This document shows positions 56,221 to 64,000 of a stretch of DNA of 64,000 bases, piece by piece. The stretch spans positions 5,558-69,557 of the forward strand of contig JAGOVC010000001.1 in NCBI GenBank assembly GCA_018060955.1. Reading direction: 5' to 3'. The DNA comes from Candidatus Woesebacteria bacterium (GTDB lineage Bacteria; Patescibacteriota; Microgenomatia; UBA1400; UBA12028). The position numbers and the translations under genes were made by a program. Every line of letters starts with the position of its first letter. Position 1 is the stretch's first letter. A model generated the notes under the pieces. It worked only from the letters and a program-made list of their open reading frames with translations, was not told the DNA's origin and did not search any database.

Positions 56221-56562
56221 ATGTCTATTTTATTTGTGGGAATCTACGCTGTATTAAGTTCCATTGGCCTAGCGTTACTGCGACGTGAGTTTAGTGCTGT
56301 TGCCGGACAATCAATCTTAACTGTGCTTTTTCATCCATGGTTTTGGATGGGAGGATTTTTGTATGGGATAGGGTTTCTTATGTGGCTCTTTTTACTGTCC
56401 AAAAACGACCTCTCCTTTATCTTCCCCATCGCAGCAGGAAGTCTAGTAGTATCGACTATGCTCCTTGGGTCATTTTTTCTAAAAGAAACTATCCCACCAG
56501 TGCGTCTAGTTGCCGCTGGGTTTATCTTAATTGGAATCGTTTTGGCAAACCTGAAGAAATAA
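56221..56562 (+). CDS. Small four-TM DMT/SMR-like protein (EamA-type; ArnE/ArnF-like lipid-linked sugar flippase candidate).
   Basis: 113 aa with four hydrophobic helices, 4 nt downstream of the ArnC-like gene. Confidence 0.65.
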   Translation: MSILFVGIYAVLSSIGLALLRREFSAVAGQSILTVLFHPWFWMGGFLYGIGFLMWLFLLSKNDLSFIFPIAAGSLVVSTMLLGSFFLKETIPPVRLVAAGFILIGIVLANLKK

Positions 56563-56572
56563 TTACGACCAA

Positions 56573-58384
56573 CTATCGATAGAGTCGATAGTGCATATTC
56601 TCAAAAACTTTTGTTCTAGTTTCTGTAACTTCCATCGGCATTTCTTTGTTTTCAAGAATATAGCTAACCTTTGAATCTCTCCCACACGCTGTGTAACAAA
56701 CTTCAACCTGAGCATGAAGGACATTAGCAATGCGATGTTGCAACTCCTGAGTATTCGTTTGGATCCCAACAACCGATGTGTGTGAAGGGATGTGTTCAAC
56801 GACGTCTCGAAGCGCTGGATCACTCACGATCCAATCTTGCTGAACTCCTACAAATTGGGATGTGAGAAAAAAGTAAAAAGGAGACAGAAATCCTAGTACG
56901 AGCATCGCTCCTATAATGGCACGTGGCAAGGCTTTCCATTCTTTTGAAAAAGTGAACAGACAAAGCGGAACTATTAAAAACAATGGACGCAATAATTTTG
57001 TGAATGCGAGATCATCGGCATCTGCACCGGGAGTTCGCGCAAAGTAGATCCAGAGTGGGAACAGCAAGAGGATTGTGAATAACCAAGGATTGGATAGTTT
57101 CTTTTTGAAAAAAGCGAGTGTAATAGTACCGATTCCCAAGAAACCCAGGTATTTCCAAAATTCCAATTTATTAACAGATGCATAGGCAAAACGCGAAGCC
57201 GCTGATTCGCTAATCGAAAGATCTAAATAGACGACCCCCCAAGAATGGAGTGGTCGAAGGATAGGAAGGTTTTTCCCTACTGCCCCTGCCAGAATCAGCA
57301 AAGTAAAAAATAATCCAATCAGCATATAGAGAACAGTTCGTTGTCTGGATGATAGCAATCGGAACAGATAAAAAACTCCAGTTATAACTCCAAAAACAAG
57401 AAACGCTAGACAAAAAGCTCGGTTTATTAACCATAAACTTAGTGTACTAAATATCGCCAGCAGCAAAACGTTTCGAAAAGTTGACAGGCTTGTAGGCGTT
57501 TTTTTCAAGAGATTTCGTAATAAGTCCTTTTCGTTTACCAACGACAGTTGAACCAGTAGAGAAAGCACTACAAAGAAGGTAAGACCATGCCAGGTAAGAC
57601 CAGCGTATTCAAACAGAATTGGAGTATGTAACTGTGGAAATGAGAAACCGCGAAGGACATTGTCACTAAATGAATCGAATAACAAGAGACTGGGCCCCAG
57701 GATAAAACCTACTCCGATGAAAACACTACTAGAAAAGTCTGAGACTGAAAAATATTTGGCTAGCAACTTAGAAAGAACGAACGGTGCAGGAATAAACAAA
57801 CTTAACTTGATAATATCTAGCGATTTTTCAACACTCAAATTCGTTACTGCTTTAAGAGCAATGACTGGAAAGTATAGTCCGACATGATATCCGTCAATCT
57901 TGCTACCAATTCGATAGGGCTCCAATAACGGGTAGGTTGGGGCTTCAAAGAATAGTTTGATATTCGCGTGATGATAGTATTCGTCATGTAACCCGTTCTG
58001 GTACGTGAGGTTGTAGAGGAAGAAAGACCCCACCAGAGTGACAAAGAGTACCACCATCAAAAACAAGTTTGGTTTTTTGAGTGCAGATACGAGTCTCTTT
58101 CCAATCAGAAGATATCCTCCTATACTCAAGGTTATAAACACACAAGTGATTGCTTGAATAACAAATAGTGGTTTTGGAAGTATCCGTAGCAAAACTTCAA
58201 CGATTATTACGAATGCCGAAACAGAGAGGTAGGGGAAGGCAAAGCGAAAGAGTGAGTTACGGACCCAAGGGAGAAGTAACGATACTCCACCTAGGGCTAA
58301 GATTGTAAGGACTGCATAAAATCCGTCTACAACGAAATGGGGGAAGATAACTGAATAATGCGACAGCAGTGCATCCATAGCCAA
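56573..58384 (-). CDS. Large polytopic membrane protein, function unknown (GT-C-like candidate).
   Basis: 603 aa with at least 12 helices and a soluble C-terminal domain. Confidence 0.7.
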   Translation of the reverse strand: MAMDALLSHYSVIFPHFVVDGFYAVLTILALGGVSLLLPWVRNSLFRFAFPYLSVSAFVIIVEVLLRILPKPLFVIQAITCVFITLSIGGYLLIGKRLVSALKKPNLFLMVVLFVTLVGSFFLYNLTYQNGLHDEYYHHANIKLFFEAPTYPLLEPYRIGSKIDGYHVGLYFPVIALKAVTNLSVEKSLDIIKLSLFIPAPFVLSKLLAKYFSVSDFSSSVFIGVGFILGPSLLLFDSFSDNVLRGFSFPQLHTPILFEYAGLTWHGLTFFVVLSLLVQLSLVNEKDLLRNLLKKTPTSLSTFRNVLLLAIFSTLSLWLINRAFCLAFLVFGVITGVFYLFRLLSSRQRTVLYMLIGLFFTLLILAGAVGKNLPILRPLHSWGVVYLDLSISESAASRFAYASVNKLEFWKYLGFLGIGTITLAFFKKKLSNPWLFTILLLFPLWIYFARTPGADADDLAFTKLLRPLFLIVPLCLFTFSKEWKALPRAIIGAMLVLGFLSPFYFFLTSQFVGVQQDWIVSDPALRDVVEHIPSHTSVVGIQTNTQELQHRIANVLHAQVEVCYTACGRDSKVSYILENKEMPMEVTETRTKVFENMHYRLYR

Positions 58385-58406
58385 AGTCTACGACCTAAAG
58401 CCGATT

Positions 58407-60092
58407 ATGACAACTAAAGTACAACTACAATCAATCATCTTTCCGATACTGTTTACTTTTGGAGTCATCCTTTTTCTGTTTCGTTCACTTCTTTTTCAAT
58501 TTGACAGAGCTCTCTTGGATGGCATTGATTATCCATTGTATGCATGGATTCTTCAGACTGGAATTGCCAATGTAGGCAAGTTGTTTTCGCAAGGGCTATT
58601 TTTTGGGAATGCGTTTTATCCCTCCATGCAAGCACTACTCTTTTCTGACACTTTTTATCCCCTAAGTTTTCTATTGCTTCCTCTTTCGTTGCTCACGCAG
58701 TCTCCATTCATCATCCTCAATACAGGAGTCTTGGTTACATTATTTCTGAATGTAGTTAGTGCCGCTGTACTTACCCGCAATTTCACCTCCAAACGTGGAG
58801 CGCATACCCTATTAACACTCATCTTCTCTGTCTCACCCTATTTTTTCACGCAGATCCCTCATTTACAGATGTTGTCATTCTGGCCTAGCTATTTAATGAT
58901 CCATGTACTGTTCATCGCGAAACGTCCCAGATCATTTCTGGCGGTTGCAATGCTTCTATCGATGCAATGGTATCTATCGGTGTACTTAGGGACGATGGCA
59001 CTAGTAATAGCAAGTGTCTGGTGGCTTGTTTCCTTTTTCGGCAATAACACTAGACGAGACTTGGTTCGTAACGTACTCTTGTCCGGTTTCGTTTTTCTAT
59101 TGCTAACTGGACCATTACTCATTGCCTACCGCAATATTCGAAATGTATATCAAGCAACTCCAGATGCAGGAATGTTTGTTGATTATGCTGCGCAACCAAC
59201 AGATTATTTCTTTAGCAGAGGAGAGCCTACAGTACTTGCGCTGATGTCTCCGTTTAAGCTCTGGAACACACTCAATCATCGCGGAGCTGGAGAACCGGCA
59301 CGATGGATCGGTTTTGCTGTGCTCTTTCTTGGCACTTGTGGAATTATCATGTGGCGAAAGAGTGAAGATGTAATGACAAAAAAAGCAGGATGGTTTGCGA
59401 TCATCTTAGCTGTAGTGGGTCTGGTTTTCTCGTTTGGGACGCGTTTGACACTGAATGGAACCTATACGGGATTCCCATTACCATATCTGCTCGTACTAAA
59501 AAGTTTCCCAATCCTTAGCTTTTTCCGATCACCCTCACGTTGGTACTTCTTGTTTGTACTGGGATGGTGCGTATTTTCAGCGTTGGGTGTCCAGAGACTA
59601 TTGAAGACAGCAAAGAGTCGACAGTGGATTATTGCATTGGGAATTGTGTACGCAGCAGAAATGTTTCCTATGCAAATTCCTGTTACGACAATCTCGAAGC
59701 CAGATTATGTAGAGTGGCTATCAAACACCTGTAGACCAGGGGACGTAGTACTTAGTCTGCCCATCTTTTCACATTATGGTGCAGGTACAGTTGCCTTGAA
59801 TCCGTCCCCGACCTCTCAACTAATGATGTGGACGGTTAACAGTCAATGTCGGTTACTAAACGGCTATAGTGGAATACTGCCATCTTCCCTCAAGGAGCTT
59901 GATCAGCGAGCTAAACTAAAACTAGATTCCGACTTCGTGAGGATAGCAAGAGAGCGAGGGGTCACGCTTCTTTTGATGCATCAAGTTCCATTAGAGACGG
60001 TAGCTAGTTTCTCGACAGTTCCTGACGTACAATTAATAGATCAGGATCACACTTCCAGCCTATGGCGCCTACTCCCAAATCAAAAAAACTAG
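58407..60092 (+). CDS. Large polytopic membrane protein with a C-terminal extracytoplasmic domain, function unknown.
   Basis: 561 aa. The N-terminal half has many helices. The C-terminal roughly 150 aa are hydrophilic. Confidence 0.7.
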   Translation: MTTKVQLQSIIFPILFTFGVILFLFRSLLFQFDRALLDGIDYPLYAWILQTGIANVGKLFSQGLFFGNAFYPSMQALLFSDTFYPLSFLLLPLSLLTQSPFIILNTGVLVTLFLNVVSAAVLTRNFTSKRGAHTLLTLIFSVSPYFFTQIPHLQMLSFWPSYLMIHVLFIAKRPRSFLAVAMLLSMQWYLSVYLGTMALVIASVWWLVSFFGNNTRRDLVRNVLLSGFVFLLLTGPLLIAYRNIRNVYQATPDAGMFVDYAAQPTDYFFSRGEPTVLALMSPFKLWNTLNHRGAGEPARWIGFAVLFLGTCGIIMWRKSEDVMTKKAGWFAIILAVVGLVFSFGTRLTLNGTYTGFPLPYLLVLKSFPILSFFRSPSRWYFLFVLGWCVFSALGVQRLLKTAKSRQWIIALGIVYAAEMFPMQIPVTTISKPDYVEWLSNTCRPGDVVLSLPIFSHYGAGTVALNPSPTSQLMMWTVNSQCRLLNGYSGILPSSLKELDQRAKLKLDSDFVRIARERGVTLLLMHQVPLETVASFSTVPDVQLIDQDHTSSLWRLLPNQKN

Positions 60093-61090
60093 ATGCATCC
60101 ATTATTATTGTTAACTTTAATGGAAAATCTCTGCTAGGTGCCTGTTTAAAGTCACTTCAAACGCAATCGACTTCCCACACGTTTGAAATCATTGTTGTCG
60201 ATAATGCGTCAACCGACGGATCCGTAGACTATCTCTTTGCACAGTTTCCCGATGTGATCGTTGTTCAAGAGAATCAAAATTCTGGATTTGGTCGGGCGAA
60301 TAATTTGGGAGCATCCCGTGCAACTGGAGAGTATCTGATCTTCCTGAATGCTGACACAGAAGTAGAGCCGACATGGTTATTCGAAATGTTAACTGTCGCA
60401 CAGTCAAACCCGAAAATTGCTGCTGTATCACCCCGAGTGTATTTGTACGCAACAAAAGGAAATCAAAAGAAAGTTCAAAATGCGGGGATCCTGGTGTTTA
60501 AGCAGGGATTTGCAACCGATCGGGGTGTCTTTTATCGCAATGGTGTTTCAGACTATGAACTCGATAGTAAATTCTATGATCAACCAACTACACTTCCTGC
60601 CTGTTGTGGGGTGAGTTTGCTCGTTAAAACAGACGCTTTTACTAGCATTGGTGGTTTTGATCATGATTATTTTATGTATTACGAAGACGTGGATCTCTCG
60701 TTACGGTTACGTCAACGAGGATATCTATGCGAATATGCTCCTAAAGCGATAGTCTGGCATCATCACGGAGCATCCAGCCAGATTGCTTCTCCTTTTTTCA
60801 TCTTTCATACCGAGCGAAGTAGAATACTATTTGTCGCAAAACACTTTCCTTTAAGCACTCTACTAACAACAGTGTTTTTCTATCTCGGATTCATTTCCGT
60901 TGCTTTTGCTCGTGCAGTTTCAATGTTGCTGCAATCAGATTTTTCACAGATGAATCGATGGTTAGAAATAACTAGACTTCGTTGTAGCGTCCTGTTACAA
61001 GTAGTCGTGAAGATCCCTCAAATTATCGTGCGTACCCGTACCAAGCCCACATGGATAGCTGCAATGAACTTGTATGAAACATTCCTCTAA
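60062..61090 (+). CDS. Family 2 glycosyltransferase, rhamnosyltransferase-like; paralog set B.
   Basis: IIIVNFNGKS, IIVVDNASTDGS, IFLNADTEV and YFMYYEDVDLSLRL. Confidence 0.8.
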   Translation: MAPTPKSKKLDASIIIVNFNGKSLLGACLKSLQTQSTSHTFEIIVVDNASTDGSVDYLFAQFPDVIVVQENQNSGFGRANNLGASRATGEYLIFLNADTEVEPTWLFEMLTVAQSNPKIAAVSPRVYLYATKGNQKKVQNAGILVFKQGFATDRGVFYRNGVSDYELDSKFYDQPTTLPACCGVSLLVKTDAFTSIGGFDHDYFMYYEDVDLSLRLRQRGYLCEYAPKAIVWHHHGASSQIASPFFIFHTERSRILFVAKHFPLSTLLTTVFFYLGFISVAFARAVSMLLQSDFSQMNRWLEITRLRCSVLLQVVVKIPQIIVRTRTKPTWIAAMNLYETFL

Positions 61091-62603
61091 TATCCATACC
61101 ATTGCTGTGTATGATCGCTGGTTCTTTAGAATGGGCGGAGGCGAGCGCATGGTGTGTGAGTTACTTCGCAGTTTAAACTCGCAGGGATATGAAGTTACTC
61201 TAATCTCACAAATAGAGATTGATATTGAAAAGGCGTCAAGGGAATTTGGAATTGAGCTTCAATTTGTAAAAACGCTCCTAGTCTCAGATATCAATGAAGA
61301 ACAATTGGGATCGATTTCGAAAGGATATGATCTTTTTATCAACGCCTCTCATCTGGATATCGTTCCTAATCAAGCACAACGAGGTGTAATACTTCCGTTT
61401 TTCCCAGCAAAGCAGGCAAACTCGATGAAGGATAAAATTAAGCTGGGTGTAGTTATTCCATTACTGCGAGCCTTGCTTGTTTATCCAAAGAGAATGATTG
61501 GATTCACGGGTGATTTCCTACTTTCATCACGATCCATCATCACATTTTCACAGCAGAAACTTTCCCAAGTTGGATTGGTGCTTTCCGTTCCACAGTTTTC
61601 GGCTTCTTTTATAGAATCTGTCCAGTTTTTTTGTGGGGATACACAACTATTCCCTACAACCAGAGCAAACGTTGTTCAAAAGAAAATCAGTTATCAGTTT
61701 GAAGACCTTGATCTATTACGAGACAACGGAATTCGTATTCAAATCCCAAACGGAGTTTTACATGAGAACGTACGATTGGAGTCAATAGAGATTCCATCAC
61801 TTCGCTTTAGTCTCTGGAAAATATTTTCAGGACTTTTCCCTGAAGCCTCCGTTCGACTAACTGGTGGAGCAAGTTTGAATTTTTTGGATCGTGTCTCTAC
61901 CTATCAGCAAATCTGGGCAATCTCCTTGTATACGCAACAATGGATTCAAACGTACTGGGGAAAAGAATCAGAGATACTTTTCCCACCGGTTAACGTTCAT
62001 TCCTTTTCTTCTGCAGCTCACAAGTCAAACAGAATTATTCATATCGGACGATTCTTTTCCGGGGGACACAGTAAAAAACAACTCGAACTAGTGACTGCAT
62101 TTCGACAGATGGTTGATGAAGGTTTAGCGGATTGGGAACTTCATTTGGTAGGCAAACCTGCAGGAGAATCGATCCATCAAAAATACTTCCAACACATTCA
62201 AACATTGGCGCAAGGTTATCCTATTATTTTCCACTCCGATGCTGATACAAAAACACTTCAAAAACTTCTTTCAGAATCAAAGATTTATTGGCATGCGACG
62301 GGATATCAAGAGGATCTGACTACACACCCAGAAGCGGCCGAGCATTTCGGAATATCTACCGTAGAAGCAATGGCTTCGGGATGTGTGCCAGTTGTCTATG
62401 CAGCGGGAGGTCAGAAAGAAATTGTAGGCAACAACGAGGGACACACATGGACAACAATCGAGGAGCTTAAGAGCATCACAAAAAACCTCATTGAAGATCC
62501 AAAGCAACTTGCTACACTATCCTCACAAGCGATGGTCAAGGCTAGGGACTACGACACGGCGCAATTTGAAGTAAGATTAAATGATCTAGTGAATAAATTA
62601 TGA
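61074..62603 (+). CDS. GT4-family glycosyltransferase with a long N-terminal extension.
   Basis: EHFGISTVEAMASGCVPVVYAAGGQKEIV. It is a paralog of the gene at 7042. Confidence 0.8.
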   Translation: MKHSSNIHTIAVYDRWFFRMGGGERMVCELLRSLNSQGYEVTLISQIEIDIEKASREFGIELQFVKTLLVSDINEEQLGSISKGYDLFINASHLDIVPNQAQRGVILPFFPAKQANSMKDKIKLGVVIPLLRALLVYPKRMIGFTGDFLLSSRSIITFSQQKLSQVGLVLSVPQFSASFIESVQFFCGDTQLFPTTRANVVQKKISYQFEDLDLLRDNGIRIQIPNGVLHENVRLESIEIPSLRFSLWKIFSGLFPEASVRLTGGASLNFLDRVSTYQQIWAISLYTQQWIQTYWGKESEILFPPVNVHSFSSAAHKSNRIIHIGRFFSGGHSKKQLELVTAFRQMVDEGLADWELHLVGKPAGESIHQKYFQHIQTLAQGYPIIFHSDADTKTLQKLLSESKIYWHATGYQEDLTTHPEAAEHFGISTVEAMASGCVPVVYAAGGQKEIVGNNEGHTWTTIEELKSITKNLIEDPKQLATLSSQAMVKARDYDTAQFEVRLNDLVNKL

Positions 62604-64000
62604 AAAATCCAGTGCGTAATTTCTTTCTTCGTCACTGGTTATTCTGGATTACACTCCTAGGATTCACATTGCTCCTAGCAAGGAACCCATTCTCCGAGCG
62701 CACTCTGATCGCGAACTTCGAACCGTATCCTGACTCTTTTCACTATATTTTGCCTGCACGAAATCTGCTGATGGGGAAGGGGTTTTCCATGGATCGTCTG
62801 GGAAAAATTGTTCCTGGTGTTCCACCTTTTTACTCCCTCGTATTCGTTCCATTCTTTGCGATACTCAATGATCCGAGAATGGTATACGTAGCCAACGTGC
62901 TCCTTTCATTGTTGTCCTTGGTTATCTTCTATGCGCTAGTCCGAAAATTCTTTTCGGCAGGAATACTCCAACTATTCTTGTGTCTGCTGTTTGTTACCCA
63001 TCCAATTTTGGTTTGGTATCCAACCTTAGCGATGGCTGAAAATTTACAGTTACTACTTACTTTGCTTGGACTGTATATGCTCTGTACGCGACCTACCAGT
63101 AAAAAGTATTTTCTAGGTGGGGCGCTAACAATTTCATATTACGCAACCAAATTCGCCAGTATTCCAGTCAGTGCAGTATATGGGCTGGTATTTTTTGCAA
63201 AGAGCATCGTGCACTCTATTCAAGAAAAGAGTTGGAAACCTGTTGTCCTATTTATTGCAGGCGCCCTTGTGTGTCTGACCCTCTATCTGTCTATGGAGTA
63301 TTCAATTCGACAGACGACAGAGTTGCATATGATCGCTAATGTATTATTTCCTAAACCTGCACAGATCTCCGGAACTGCCGGTGATGCTCCCGCGGTTCCT
63401 GATCAAACATTCTTTTCAGTTGTGTATGTCAAAGACCATGCCCCGCAGTACTTGCGTTGGCTTACTGGTGAATCTCTTCCACTCTTGTGGAAGCAGGAGG
63501 TATTACTTCCACGGTATCTAGCTGTCTTAAGTCTGGTGGGAATTGGAATCGGATTTTTTGATAAAAAATATCGACTCTTTTCCCTCACCGCCGTGGGAAT
63601 GTATGTTGCAACCATTGGCTTCATGAGTATGTTTTATGTTGTTGATGCTCGGTATTTCTACCACGCGATCCCTGTTGCGTTGCTCGGGGTAGGTATTGCA
63701 GGAACAAAACTCTATGAACTCGCCAAATCACGCTCGCTGTGGGTGGGAATTGGGATAGCGGGTCTGCTGCTGTTCTATTTGATGACAAACTTTTCCCGGT
63801 TAAAATTTCAACTATCCTTAAATCTAAAGTATGCGGAAAGTCCTTGGTACTATGTTTCCGTTCGCAAAGTTGATGCGTATTTGTCAACCCAACAATTTGA
63901 AAAAGAGCCAGTGGTAATCTCACCGGTACCTCCATTTTTATTTGATTTTTATGCAAAGTCTCCAATGATCATGCTTCCATTACACAAAGAACAGGAGTTT
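62600..64000 (+). CDS. Polytopic membrane protein, 3' truncated by the window edge; GT-C-like candidate.
   Basis: The ATG at 62600 forms an ATGA overlap with the upstream TGA. The frame stays open for 467 codons to the window end. Hydrophobic helices alternate with short loops. Confidence 0.7.
   Translation, partial: MKNPVRNFFLRHWLFWITLLGFTLLLARNPFSERTLIANFEPYPDSFHYILPARNLLMGKGFSMDRLGKIVPGVPPFYSLVFVPFFAILNDPRMVYVANVLLSLLSLVIFYALVRKFFSAGILQLFLCLLFVTHPILVWYPTLAMAENLQLLLTLLGLYMLCTRPTSKKYFLGGALTISYYATKFASIPVSAVYGLVFFAKSIVHSIQEKSWKPVVLFIAGALVCLTLYLSMEYSIRQTTELHMIANVLFPKPAQISGTAGDAPAVPDQTFFSVVYVKDHAPQYLRWLTGESLPLLWKQEVLLPRYLAVLSLVGIGIGFFDKKYRLFSLTAVGMYVATIGFMSMFYVVDARYFYHAIPVALLGVGIAGTKLYELAKSRSLWVGIGIAGLLLFYLMTNFSRLKFQLSLNLKYAESPWYYVSVRKVDAYLSTQQFEKEPVVISPVPPFLFDFYAKSPMIMLPLHKEQEF

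Noticed and set aside
1-64000. A search for CRISPR arrays, tRNA or rRNA genes, IS elements and integrases.
   Set aside because: I found no periodic direct repeats, tRNA-like cloverleaf candidates in the few intergenic gaps, or transposase or integrase-like ORFs. The coding density leaves no room for them.

Overview
The window is almost wall-to-wall coding sequence and reads as one large glycan-biosynthesis and glycosyltransfer island in a compact bacterial genome. Genes are tightly packed with many ATGA or 1-30 nt overlaps, strand switches are frequent with convergent 3' overlaps, and GGAGG-type Shine-Dalgarno motifs are visible; GC looks moderate to low by eye. I call about 58 protein genes. 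Seventeen are large polytopic membrane proteins, many with GT-C-like signatures: GT39/83 ArnT/PMT-type proteins with an early WDE/WEE motif, a second paralog family sharing a 'GDLxxxGPxxS' loop, and a PTPS-related/COG5617 type. There are 13 GT2 genes in several paralog sets: a rhamnosyltransferase-like group with a YxEDxDLSLRL motif, a set with a C-terminal 'KGYKDG' motif, and two polyprenyl-phosphate sugar synthases (one DPM1-like, one ArnC-like). Also present are 7 GT4/GT1-fold transferases, 2 Wzx-type flippases and a set of nucleotide-sugar tailoring enzymes. The tailoring enzymes are: a GDP-L-fucose-synthase-like reductase; a ColD/E1-type PMP-dependent 3-dehydratase in which the PLP lysine is replaced by His-His; a WbpB/WbpD/WbpE-like oxidoreductase, N-acetyltransferase and aminotransferase triad; an AsnB-type amidotransferase; a UDP-glucuronate-4-epimerase-like SDR and a GalE-like SDR; two SAM methyltransferases; and a second hexapeptide acyltransferase. 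An ArnE/F-like small DMT protein and a DUF2304 protein sit next to the two lipid-sugar synthases. Housekeeping genes greA, Mn-type sodA, a NUDIX hydrolase and a DUF1653 protein are embedded among the transferases. I found no tRNA, rRNA, CRISPR, integrase or transposase. The most interesting hypothesis is a 3,6-dideoxyhexose (colitose-type) branch plus di-N-acetylated or amidated uronic sugars, delivered through lipid-linked donors to an expanded set of GT-C transferases. All functional calls come from reading motifs by eye and need HMM or BLAST confirmation.
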